Source: an uncultured virus (IMG/VR IMGVR_UViG_3300016464_000385) (taxonomy: Duplodnaviria > Heunggongvirae > Uroviricota > Caudoviricetes). Taken from it: a stretch of DNA of 64,000 bases. Position numbers and translations under genes: made by a program. Positions 27,769-39,100 of the stretch are shown here, piece by piece (position 1 is the stretch's first letter; each line of letters opens with the position of its first letter). The stretch lies in the IMG/VR virus record IMGVR_UViG_3300016464_000385; one strand, 5' to 3'. The notes under the pieces were generated by a model. That model was not told where the DNA came from. It saw nothing but the letters and a program-made list of their open reading frames with translations, and searched no databases.

Positions 27769-30700
27769 TATTTGTTCTCCAACTTGTCTAATCTATCTGA
27801 CATTTCTTTTACTGCTCCAATTAAGAACGCAATCAACGATTGATATTCTACAGTTTTTACTTCGTTTACTTCAGCAACCAAGTCTGGTAAAACTTTTTCT
27901 AATTCTTGAGCAATAACACCATAAGATTTTTTACCAGAATCTTTCCAAATATATTCTACAGGACTTATATTATTTATTACTTCAGTTGAATTAGACAAAG
28001 GAATAATATTAGTTTTTAGTGATATATCGGAAAGCGAAGTAAATATTGTTGCCGATAATGTTCCTGTACTTGGTACGAAATATAATTTTGTACTGGAAGT
28101 ATTGGCTGCACTTAAAGTTCCGCTGGTAGCTGATCCTAATAAAGGATAATACGTTGAGCTGCTTGTAGTTTCATTTGTTACAGAAGTTCCTGGAGGAACA
28201 GCTGCCCAAGTTTGATCTCCTCTTAAATAAGTAGCAGAGTTTGCTGTTCCGCTTGCTAATCTCGCTGTAGCAACAGTACCGGAAGATATATTATTAGCAT
28301 TTAATGCAGTTATTAGAGCGCCTGATCCCGAGAAAGAGGTGGCTGTTAATGCTCCGGTATTGGCTGTTCCGGCAACATCTAGTTTATACGCAGGAGAAGT
28401 TGTTCCAATACCAATATTACCTGAAGAATTTGCATGTAATCTACTAATTCCGTTGGTTTTTAAATTTACTGTATCTGTTGCGTTTATACTAAGTGCTTTA
28501 GCTCGAGTAAATATTGAATTATCTGTATCTATACCAATAGTATATAATCTCGCATCCCCTGCACTAAAAGTAAATACAGAATTTGCAGAAGAGTTATTTA
28601 AAGAAATTAGTTCTTGCGCATCTACGTTTGCTGGATTTCCCGCTACGGTTGAAGTTGTATTGATAGCCCTGCTTGATGTAGTTGTTATAGAAAGTTTTGC
28701 AGAAGCGGTGCTAGTAGTGCCAATACCTACACTGCCGGTAGCAGCATTAAATGCGAAAGCATTATTTGCATATACGTTTTCATTTCCAGAAGTTGCGTCG
28801 TATAATGCTGGGTAATAAGTTCCTGTAGTTGCATTAGTTACTGTTTGATATGTAGAAACGTTGGCTGTTAAATTTGCAGCAGTTCCAGTTAAACCAGTAC
28901 CAGCGCCAGAGAAACTTGTAGCTGTTAATGCTCCGGTATTGGCTGTTCCGGCAACATCTAGTCTAAATGCAGGAGAAGTAGTGCCAATACCTACATTACC
29001 GTTTTCGTTAATCCTTATTCTTTCCGCTTGAGAATTGTTAAACGTGGTAAAGAACGATAATCCTGCTGATATTGCTGTGCTAAATGTATTCGCTGCATAA
29101 CCTTGTATTCTAGTTGCAGATTGCCAGTTGCTGCCATTATGACCCCAAGTATTAAATCCGCCTAATAAGTCTCCAGAGGCTACTGAAGTTGGAGATGCAC
29201 TATTCCCTCTAGCTTTATTAAGTTCTACTACTGGGTATCCACTAGTCCCAGCAGTTCCTGCATAATTTGTTATAACTACCCTTGGATATCTATTAGTAGA
29301 TGAGGCGGAATTAGTTATAGTTAAACCTCCATCAGAGTCAGTTTGAGATAGAGATAAATTCCCTGATAAAGTGCCACCAGTTAATGGTAAATAACTACTC
29401 AACGAACTAGCCGCTGCATAATAAGTTCCTTGTTGACCATCAAGTAAATCAGCGTCTAATCCCGAACTAGCACCGTCATTTGCATCTGTCCAAAACTTTT
29501 TCCAAGCAGTTCCGGTATCTGTGCCAGCATTTAACGTTCTGAGGTATAAATTATCTTGATCTATGTCGTGCGCTATTTGGGTAGAGAATGTTGTATCATA
29601 TTGTAAATTTAATAAAGTCCCATATTCATTTGCTTGAGAGTCTGCTGGTCTTCCATTACTTGTACTATTCCATCTATATTTCCCAGAAGTCAATGGGATA
29701 GAATTCAAATTCGCTTCCGGAGAAGTTCCAAATTCTCTAACAAACCCTGTAGAATCTATTCCATCCAATAAATCAGCATCTAAGCCTGAACTAGCGCCAT
29801 CATTGGTATTGCTCCAAACTTTACTCCATGTAGCATTGGCAGAATTTACTGCAGTTGAACCATAATATAAATCAGGACCAGCATAATCCATCCATATACC
29901 ACCCCAACCGCCACCAGCATCACGATTCCCTAATTTAGCAAAGTATCCGTAATTGGAATTTGGTGCTCCTGGTGTATTGGCAATAGTCATACCCAAACCA
30001 GAAATGGCTGTATTAGCCCAGCTGCCAGAAGTCCATGAGGTGTTTGATATAAATCCTTGAGTGCCAGTTTTTCCTATATTTGTTCCGGTTATAAATGAAG
30101 CAGAACCATCTATGCTAGTAATACCTGTTAATGCTAACGCGGCAGAAGCTCTATTTAACGTAACTGCTGTTGTACCAACATATAAAGTGGAATTGGTCAG
30201 TACAGAAGCGGGAATAGTACCAGTTAAATTACCAGCAGTATTATAATAACTTCCGGATTGTCCATCTAATAAATCGGCATTAAGATTTGTTACTAATGCG
30301 CTAGAAGATGTTGTTATTTTACCAAATGATACATTATTTGCTTGGAAATCCGCTATTCTGAACGAAGAATTGCTTGTATCTATAAATGGCGATGCATCTG
30401 GATTTGGTAGATATTGATCAAATACTTTCCAGTAACCATCAGAAGCGTCTCTGAAAATTCCTGTATTTCTGGATATTCCATCATTATATTTTCCGACAAT
30501 ACCTAAATCTGGGTTAGTAACATCAGATTCGGTATTCAGATAAATCATATTATCTCTAATAGCTAAATTATTAGCAGTTACAGTCGTTACATTACCAGAG
30601 AAAGTTACGTTACCAGTAACTGATAATGTTGAACTTATGGTTACTGGGCCACTAATGGTTACAATTCCGCTATTACTAATACGCATCCTTTCGATAGGAG

Positions 30701-33083
30701 CGTTTGAACCGTCTGGAGTAGTGCTGAAAATCAACCTACCAGGCATATCGTTTGCTGAGGGATTGCCGTCTACTTGGCAAAAAATTCTAGCAGCCCCTAT
30801 TTGATTCGTTCCGTCGCTTCCATCAAACTCTATATTACCTAAATCGTCTCCGTTTTGGACAATTGCTCCGGCCCTATCTTTCTTAAAAATAAAATATGTA
30901 GCTGAAGTATTATTTGCGGAAGTCCAAAGTTGTGATTGCGGAGAGTAACTTGCCGAACCTTTTATTACAAGCCCTTCGGTCGTATAAGTTCCGGGATTGG
31001 TTAGTCCTATACCTACTACGCCAGAATTATTTATTACAAAAGGCGTACTATCAGTACTTGCGATATCTTCAACTACCAGAGCATTACCCGAACCAGTCTG
31101 AGTGATTCTAAGTGCATCGCTGCTAGAACTAGATTCTATAATTTGATTTCCGGACACGTGCAATTTTTGAGATGGAGAAGTTGTTCCAATTCCAACATTA
31201 CCAGCAAAATAATTATTAGCAGTACCAGCAGCATAAAAATTCCAATCTCCAGCACCAGAAGCTATACTAGAATAAAATCCAAAATTATTATTGGCTCCGG
31301 TCATAGAGCCATCGGCAACAAAACCATATTGATTGGTTATGGATGAATTCGCGCCAATTGTAAATTGCGCTGCTGAGTAATGCTTCAGGTTAACCAAATT
31401 AAAGGAAGCTGCTTGAGTAGAAAGATATGTACCATACGAAGTATAAGTATTAAACTGCGCTGAACTTACAGTAGTATCATCAAGTATACCGAGTGCAGAA
31501 GTACCAGTAGTTAAACCAGAAGTGCTTCCGCCTATACCTATTCTTTCGCTCCCTGAATATGTTCTACCGAATAATACGTTTTGCGAACTAGTAATCCTAA
31601 ATGCTTCAGTTGGGCTGGATGCGCCATCGCGAGTAGTGCTGAACACCAATCTACCAGGCATGTCATTTGTTCCTGGAGTACCGTCTACATCTCCGGATAT
31701 TTGTGCTGCGAGTATGTAATTTGTTCCGTCTGCGCCCCCCCACCTCAACAACCCGAGTTGATTTCCATTAACAACTGGCGAGTTATTACCAACGGATGAG
31801 CCATTTGACCTATTAAAAGTTAATGTGTGGCCTCCCCCAGAAGGTAAGAAACCATTTAATGACATGGAAGCGGCATTTGTTCCTATTGAACCATCGCCAT
31901 AACCAGTTACTTGAAATTGACCATATGAACTAGCTGCACCGACAACCGCAGTGCCGCCGATTAGAACTAAACCGTCAGAATTAATAATAAAAGGCGTGTT
32001 GTCGGGATTCGCGCTATCTTCAACTCTTAGCGCAGCACCCGCGCCAGTCTGGGTGATTCTTAATGCAGTATTACTAGAATTAGATTCTATAATTTGATTT
32101 CCGGATATGTGTAGCTTTTCGGATGGAGCGTTTGTTCCAATACCAAGATTACCTAAAGAAGATAATCTCATCCATTCGTTCGCAGCATTAATGTTAGTAA
32201 AAATTAAATCTCTAGAAGAACCAGTAGATGAAGTAATACCGCTTTGAATATAATTTGAATTACTTGTTGATATAATTCTTAATAGAGAATTAGAAGATTC
32301 TTGTATAAAAAGAGTTGCAGCACCACTTCTACCAGAAATGGTTGTGGTAGAACCTAAAACAGCATCATTTGCAAAAACTAATGCGCCAGTTCCAGTATCA
32401 TCTGATATAATTCCCGCTAATTCAGCTGCTGTCGTTGTTGCAAACTGAGATAGTTTTCCGGTATTTACTGCCAAGTTAGTTATAGAAGATCCTAATTGGA
32501 CAGAAGAACCGTTTATAGTAATTGCAGAATTTTGTAAAGCTCTATTTGGAACTGAAACTAATCTATCGTTAGGTAAAGTTCCTGTTATTATATTACTAGC
32601 ATTAGTCGAAGAATTTGCTGTATTTATAAGATTATCGTATAAAAATTTTACAGTAGAGGCAGTAGCGGCTTCAGTAGTAGAAGTGCTGGTAAAAGTATCG
32701 TTCAGTTTAACTAAACCAGAAATAGAAGTCGTTGCTATAGCAATAGCAGTATTGCTTATAGAAGTAATTCTTCCATAATTATCTGTTGATATTGTTGTAG
32801 TATGCGTAGAATTTCCATAAGTTCCTCTGACGCTTACGTTAGCCAAAGAATTTAATGAAGTTCCATCAAAATATATCAAAGGTCCAGTGGTAAACGAAGT
32901 TTTATTAGTACCACCTCTGGATATAACCAAAGTCCCTGATGTTATATTTGCAGCATCTTTATAAGTTGAGTCTGTAAAACCTTTTGTTGTTGCATCAGTA
33001 TTAGCCACTGGATTAGCAACATTTGTTATTGTTTGGTTATTATTATCTAACCCATTTCTAGCTATAAATCTTTTTGTAGACAC
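27768..33083 (-). CDS. Long mosaic tail fibre with C-terminal S74-type intramolecular chaperone
   Basis: Repeated 'GNVGIGTTSP', 'ERMRI', 'GLDADLLDG' fibre motifs; C-terminal 'SDISLKTNI...GVIAQELEKVLP.LV...LIGAVKE'. Confidence 0.9.
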   Translation of the reverse strand: MSTKRFIARNGLDNNNQTITNVANPVANTDATTKGFTDSTYKDAANITSGTLVISRGGTNKTSFTTGPLIYFDGTSLNSLANVSVRGTYGNSTHTTTISTDNYGRITSISNTAIAIATTSISGLVKLNDTFTSTSTTEAATASTVKFLYDNLINTANSSTNASNIITGTLPNDRLVSVPNRALQNSAITINGSSVQLGSSITNLAVNTGKLSQFATTTAAELAGIISDDTGTGALVFANDAVLGSTTTISGRSGAATLFIQESSNSLLRIISTSNSNYIQSGITSSTGSSRDLIFTNINAANEWMRLSSLGNLGIGTNAPSEKLHISGNQIIESNSSNTALRITQTGAGAALRVEDSANPDNTPFIINSDGLVLIGGTAVVGAASSYGQFQVTGYGDGSIGTNAASMSLNGFLPSGGGHTLTFNRSNGSSVGNNSPVVNGNQLGLLRWGGADGTNYILAAQISGDVDGTPGTNDMPGRLVFSTTRDGASSPTEAFRITSSQNVLFGRTYSGSERIGIGGSTSGLTTGTSALGILDDTTVSSAQFNTYTSYGTYLSTQAASFNLVNLKHYSAAQFTIGANSSITNQYGFVADGSMTGANNNFGFYSSIASGAGDWNFYAAGTANNYFAGNVGIGTTSPSQKLHVSGNQIIESSSSSDALRITQTGSGNALVVEDIASTDSTPFVINNSGVVGIGLTNPGTYTTEGLVIKGSASYSPQSQLWTSANNTSATYFIFKKDRAGAIVQNGDDLGNIEFDGSDGTNQIGAARIFCQVDGNPSANDMPGRLIFSTTPDGSNAPIERMRISNSGIVTISGPVTISSTLSVTGNVTFSGNVTTVTANNLAIRDNMIYLNTESDVTNPDLGIVGKYNDGISRNTGIFRDASDGYWKVFDQYLPNPDASPFIDTSNSSFRIADFQANNVSFGKITTSSSALVTNLNADLLDGQSGSYYNTAGNLTGTIPASVLTNSTLYVGTTAVTLNRASAALALTGITSIDGSASFITGTNIGKTGTQGFISNTSWTSGSWANTAISGLGMTIANTPGAPNSNYGYFAKLGNRDAGGGWGGIWMDYAGPDLYYGSTAVNSANATWSKVWSNTNDGASSGLDADLLDGIDSTGFVREFGTSPEANLNSIPLTSGKYRWNSTSNGRPADSQANEYGTLLNLQYDTTFSTQIAHDIDQDNLYLRTLNAGTDTGTAWKKFWTDANDGASSGLDADLLDGQQGTYYAAASSLSSYLPLTGGTLSGNLSLSQTDSDGGLTITNSASSTNRYPRVVITNYAGTAGTSGYPVVELNKARGNSASPTSVASGDLLGGFNTWGHNGSNWQSATRIQGYAANTFSTAISAGLSFFTTFNNSQAERIRINENGNVGIGTTSPAFRLDVAGTANTGALTATSFSGAGTGLTGTAANLTANVSTYQTVTNATTGTYYPALYDATSGNENVYANNAFAFNAATGSVGIGTTSTASAKLSITTTSSRAINTTSTVAGNPANVDAQELISLNNSSANSVFTFSAGDARLYTIGIDTDNSIFTRAKALSINATDTVNLKTNGISRLHANSSGNIGIGTTSPAYKLDVAGTANTGALTATSFSGSGALITALNANNISSGTVATARLASGTANSATYLRGDQTWAAVPPGTSVTNETTSSSTYYPLLGSATSGTLSAANTSSTKLYFVPSTGTLSATIFTSLSDISLKTNIIPLSNSTEVINNISPVEYIWKDSGKKSYGVIAQELEKVLPDLVAEVNEVKTVEYQSLIAFLIGAVKEMSDRLDKLENK

Positions 33084-33107
33084 GATTCTCTATCCTCGCG
33101 AAGTTTT

Positions 33108-35914
33108 TTATATTGTTATCGACGTTCTTATAATTTTTGTATTACTAGCAGTATTGGCTACTGGTGTTATCAATAGCTGTACATCGGTCGAAGAAATTGT
33201 TGAATCAAAACTAGCTAATGCGCTACCGGAAGTAAATATAGTTCCGTATTCAGTTATATAAGAATTTTCTCCGTCTTGTATCAATAGTATTTCCGTGGAT
33301 TGATACGAAGTATTTGTAGAAAATTGCACCAAATATTTACAAGATCTGAATTGCGTATTGGAAAACGAATCCAATATTTGATTTGATGTGTTTGTTCTAA
33401 GGTTTATAGTGTTACAGAAAATAACGCTATTGTTTAAAGTTAAAGTATCAGAAACAGTCAAATTCTTTGTTGATACGTTTGATGTGAACGTAGAAGAATT
33501 TGCTGTTATAATATTAGAAAATAGCGTACTGGTATTAACGCTAGTATTGGCTTGGACAGTGTTTAAAGTCAAAGCTGAAGCAAATATAGAATTAGTGCTT
33601 ATTCTATTATTTGCAACAACAAATCCAGAAGTAATACTGTTGGCAAAGATCGAATTAGTGCTTACGCTAGTATTGGCTTGGACAGTGTTTAAAGTCAAAG
33701 CAGAAGCAAATATAGAATTTGTACTTACACTATTGTTAGCAACAACAAATCCAGAAGTAATACTATTAGCAAATGCTGAATTAGTGCTTACACTAGTATT
33801 GGCTTGGACAGTGTTTAAAGTTAAAGCTGAAGCAAATATAGAATTTGTACTTACACTAGTATTGGCTTGGACAGTGTTTAAAGTTAAAGCTGAAGCAAAT
33901 ATAGAATTTGTACTTACACTAGTATTGGCTTGGACAGTGTTTAAAGTCAAAGCAGAAGCAAATATAGAATTTGTACTTACACTATTGTTAGCTTGGACGG
34001 TGTTCAAAGTTAAAGCTGAAGCAAAGATCGAATTAGTGCTTACACTAGTATTGGCCTGAATTGTGTTTAACGTTAATGCTGAAGCAAAGATCGAATTAGT
34101 GCTTATTCTATTATTTGCAACAACAAATCCAGAAGTAATACTATTAGCAAATGCTGAATTCGTACTTACGCTAGTGTTAGCAACAACAAATCCGGAAGTG
34201 ATACTATTAGCAAATACTGAACTGGTACTTAAGCTAGTGTTAGCAACAACAAATTCTGAAGTAATGCTATTGATAAAAGCAGAATTCGTACTTATGCTAG
34301 TATTGGCCTGAATTGTGTTTAACGTTAATGCTGAAGCAAAAATGGAATTTGTACTTACACTATTATTAGCAACAACAAATCCGGAAGNNNNNNNNNNNNN
34401 NNNNNNNNNNNNNNNNNNNNNNNNNNNNNNNNNNNNNNNNNNNNNNNNNNNNNNNNNNNNNNNNNNNNNNNNNNNNNNNNNNNNNNNNNNNNNNNNNNNN
34501 NNNNNNNNNNNNNNNNNNNNNNNNNNNNNNNNNNNNNNNNNNNNNNNNNNNNNNNNNNNNNNNNNNNNNNNNNNNNNNNNNNNNNNNNNNNNNNNNNNNN
34601 NNGAATTGAGTTCAAAGTCAAAGCAGAAGCAAATATAGAATTTGTACTTACGCTGGTATTTGCGACAACAAATCCAGAAGTAATACTATTAGCAAAGATC
34701 GAATTAGTGCTTACGCTAGTATTGGCTTGGACGGTGTTTAAAGTCAAAGCAGAAGCAAAGATCGAATTAGTGCTTACGCTGGTATTTGCGACAACAAATC
34801 CTGATGTGATACTACTAGCAAAAATGGAATTAGTGCTTACGCTAGTATTGGCTTGAATTGTGTTCAAAGTCAAAGCTGAAGCAAATATAGAATTAGTGCT
34901 TATTCTGTTGTTAGCAACAACAAATCCGGAAGTGATGCTATTAGCAAATACTGAATTCGTACTTACACTATTGTTGGCTTGAATTGTGTTTAAAGTCAAA
35001 GCAGAAGCAAAGATCGAATTCGTACTTACGCTAGTATTGGCCTGGACAGTGTTTAAAGTCAAAGCAGAAGCAAAGATCGAATTCGTACTTACGCTAGTAT
35101 TGGCTTGAATTGTGTTTAAAGTCAAAGCAGAAGCAAAGATCGAATTCGTACTTACACTATTGTTGGCTTGAATTGTGTTTAACGTTAATGCTGAAGCAAA
35201 AATGGAATTGGTGCTTACGCTAGTATTGGCCTGGACAGTGTTTAACGTTAATGCTGAAGCAAAAATTGAATTCGTACTTACGCTGGTATTAGCAACAACA
35301 AATCCAGAAGTAATACTATTAGCAAATACAGAGATTGTAGATACATAAGTATTAGCTTTGATATAATCTGTCAACATATTTAATGCTGATATTTGATCGC
35401 TGGATCCTAAAGTATATGTGCTAGTAATTCCTTGTAAAACAGTATTACCGGATATTAATAAAGTTCTTCCTATTAAACTATTGGCATTAGCGGTTCCATA
35501 AATATTTACATTATTATTAAAAGAAGAATTTCCCGAAACCAACAGAGAATTTTGAGTATTAGATAAATGTAGATAATTTATTCTACTTAATCCGCTTGCA
35601 TCTAAAGAATAAATCGTATTATTAGAGTTTGTTAGATATAAAGTTTTTCCTACTTCTGCATTATTCTGTACATATAAACCGCTGCCTATTCCTTGGATAT
35701 CGGTTTCGTTTGTAAACAAAGCTCTTGCATCAGATTGTAATCCGTATACATTAGGATCGCCGCTATCGGCAAAAATTAAAGAGCCAGAGGGTTTGATCCA
35801 TTCATCAAACCCTAGCCCGTTAATACTATTGATCATATTATCGGTAGCTCTTATTAGATCTCCGAATGTATTTGAAGCGTATATATTAGAAAGATATGTT
35901 GGAGTAATTGCCAT
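33108..35914 (-). CDS. Repeat-rich fibre-like virion protein; a single gene spanning the assembly gap
   Basis: Identical 21-aa repeats read open on both sides of the N run; N-terminal 'NTFGDL..ATD' anchor-like motif; C-terminal 'DSF...RSCKYLVQ...TEYG' domain typical of T4-like virion proteins. Confidence 0.8.
33530..35360 (-). repeat. 63-bp (21-aa) tandem repeat array with two unit types
   Basis: Period 63 measured (34988 to 35051); units ANTSVSTNSIFASALTLNTVQ and ANTSVSTNSIFANSITSGFVV; about 25 sequenced units plus the gap. Confidence 0.95.
34388..34602. other. Assembly gap (215 N) inside the repeat array
   Basis: Run of N; true length is uncertain. Confidence 1.
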
Positions 35915-35936
35915 TATTTTATCCGTTTATTTCCTT

Positions 35937-36158
35937 TTAACCTTTTTCTAAAATCTTTAACATCAAATCTTTAATTTCTTTTATATCAGATTTAATATTA
36001 TCCACTTCAGATTTAATAGTATTTATTTCATTTTTTTGGGATGCTAATATATTTCTTCGATTCAAATAATCTGTTAATCCTTGAGAATCTTGATTTATTA
36101 ATGTATTAGTTTCTATATCTTTTACGAAACTAGTTCCTTGTATTTTTACTAATTTCAT
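35937..36158 (-). CDS. Small coiled-coil hypothetical protein
   Basis: 'FVKD.ETNTLIN' then heptads; overlaps the stop of the VrlC-like gene, a common T4-like arrangement. Confidence 0.75.
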   Translation of the reverse strand: MKLVKIQGTSFVKDIETNTLINQDSQGLTDYLNRRNILASQKNEINTIKSEVDNIKSDIKEIKDLMLKILEKG

Positions 36159-39100
36159 AATTTACCTAATTTATCGTTTTCTTTTGCAGGTAAAGCGATA
36201 CACCTCAGATCATATATTTTAGGAACAAAAGTTTTATCTGAAGTAGTCATTAATATTTTAATAGCAAATTCGCTGAATGAAGTTGGATTAAATGTTTCTC
36301 CTAAAGTATTGGTATAAGAAACATAACCTTGATCGACTCCATTTATGCCAGGAGCAAAACTAAATTCAAAAGATTCATTTCTTGTTTTTGAATATAAAGA
36401 ATCGCTGTTTCTTGTTTTAGTCATTAATTGCCAATTTTGATTTTCGAAACGATCGCCATCAAATCTATTTTTTATTTTATAATATACATGAATATCAGTC
36501 CCTTGAGGACGATATGCAGTCAAAAATACAGCCAAATCTTCAGAATCAAAATTAGTATCTAAAACTACCTTTTTAGTAAAATATTTCGCTATTCCAGATC
36601 CACCCGAAGCAGAAGTTTCTCCGTTTACTATAACTGAAACGTTAGAATTACCAGATCTGGTTGTAGAATCAGTTACCGTTATTGTTGGAGTTTCTATATA
36701 TCCATATCCTGGATCTGTTAAATAAATATAATCTATTTTTCCTCCGGTAACATTAGCTTTAGCTTGAGCTGTTTGTCCAAACCTTGCTGTTGGAGAAGAA
36801 ATGGTTACTTGTACAGTATTATTATTATATCCAGTTCCTTGAGAATCTTCATTAATTATAATAATATTATTAGAAAGTTCGCAATTATTTATAATATTTT
36901 CTATGGTATATAATGTTATACCAGCATCAGATATCATTGGAGATATATTATTATCTACAGAAATTAATGTCGCATCCAACGAGAAAGATATAGAAGAATT
37001 GGAACTTAATAATAATCTTTCTCCTCTTCTGTCGTCTAATATAACATCCGTAGGTAATGCTGTTCCATATTTTCCTGGAGTTATGAATTTTGGAGTATCA
37101 TAAACGTTATTTTTTGTTAATGTTCCATATTCATAATACAAACTTGCTGCAGGAGGAATAAAATCTGTTGTCGTAACGTTAAATGCGTCATACAATACGT
37201 TAGAGTTAGAAGCGGCTAGATTTGTATTAACAACGTTTGCTGTACTAATTGTATAGTTTACGCTATCCTCGATAAGAGTTCTTGTAGGAGCCCCTTTAGG
37301 AACAATAAATCTGACTGAAGGATTTTGTGTTATATTAAATTTACAACGATCTATAACGAACATCAAACTTTCGTTTGGATCAGTCACCCAAGTAACAGCA
37401 TTTTGAGATCTGAATATTGAACCAATATATGGAGCAGTTCCAATTATTGGAGTATTAGTTGGAATAGTATCAGTTGCAGAATTTCTGTATGTTGATGGTA
37501 TCATCGTTTTTGAGTTTTGCGCAACATGCAAAAGATATTCTTTGCTTTCTGATTTTAATATAAATGCATATAATTTATCAGGATAGATGTATACTGGAAC
37601 GGAGAATTTAAATTCTGTATAAGCTGAGGAGCTTGTATAGAAAAATTCTTTTTCGTTTGGAGATAAAACTTTAACGTCTTTCTTTTCCTTAGTTACTATA
37701 GAATGATCTAAAGTTTCTCCAGAAGGAATGCCTCCATTGGTAGAAACGACGGATAAAGTAATAGAACTATTATCTTTATCTCCAGGTATACTAGAAAAGA
37801 ATACTTTTATTGAATATAAAAATGTTCCTCTGGGATAATTTTTAGAATCAATCATGAAAGTTTGAGCTAACGGATCGTATGGGTTATAATATTCAAAATT
37901 AGAAGTTGAAGTTTCTGTACTAATTTTTGTTTGTTGTCTTTCGTTTGTTGCAATAAAAGTATTTTTCATAGAAGAAGGGGATCCAGAAACTGCATCCAAT
38001 CTAGTCTTTTGGGTAAATAGTCCTTCAGAATAGAATGTTCCTTCGGCCCAAGTCGAAGAATCAATTTCTTGACCTATTCCTCTGTTATCTACTCTAAATA
38101 CTCTTTGTCCAGTATGGAACGTTCCTGCAGGAACATTAAATACAGCATAATATTTTCCAAACGCATCAGTCGAGAAATTTCCTATTGAATACACATCATT
38201 TGTTGAATATTTCAATTCTTTATCTAAAGTCAAATTTCTGTTTAGAGTATTAAATCCTGTGATGGTCGCATTAGACCCAGCTCCAGTACCTGCTACAATA
38301 TAAAACGTATTCCCTACTATATCAGAATTTATCATATTCTGAGATATAGAAGAATTTGCTTGTAACGATAATTTTACAACATTATTTGGAGTTATTGCGG
38401 AATCTCCAAATATAGATCCTCCCCAATGAATACAAGTTCCATATGTATAAACTCCGTTCAGAGCTATTGATTTATTTACAGGGGAATTTGTACTATCAAA
38501 TTTTCCTACATATATTGTTATATTTGATCCAGTTCTTTCAATACCATAATTCCCATTAGAAGAAATTATATTGGGGTTATTTCCATCGCTTATTACATAT
38601 AGCAATCCAGTTCCATCCCCTGGGGTAGATGTCCCAATAACTTTAGCAGTTGGTTTGAATGTAGTAGAATTAGTATAGTATCCAATAACATCCCCTTCTA
38701 CGAAATTATTAGCTCCTGCGGTTAATTTTATTACGTTAGGTTTTCTCATATAATTATCGACTTTAGTTTTGTCGAAATAATTTCCGAGTCCGTCTGTATT
38801 TTTTAATCCGGTACAACCAACTAAAATTTCTTGAGATCTAACCCAGGGAGCAATACTTATATCATGAACGAAATCCATACTAACGTCGTATGTATTATTT
38901 AATTTAGAATATTCGCCCAATATATTGTTTTGTTGCTGCGTTATTGTTGTAGTATATGTATCTGTAGTAGTTGTTTGAACAGTATGTTTAGAATATCCTA
39001 CAAGATTTCTTGCTTGTTGTTCTGTATATCCTTGGTCTAATAACCATTGAAGGTCTTGTCTGCTAATTTGTTGATTATTAAATTGTCCATGATTTAATCT

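Noticed and set aside
34008..34602. Apparent split or frameshift between ORFs 33108..34007 and 34355..35914
   Set aside because: Caused by the estimated-length N gap; the repeat frame is open on both sides, so not called a pseudogene
33388..34638. Hydrophobic plus-strand ORFs over the 63-bp array
   Set aside because: Antisense shadows of the minus-strand repeat gene; openness follows from the repeat
33530..35360. Possible CRISPR array
   Set aside because: Contiguous in-frame coding repeats with no unique spacers and no cas genes
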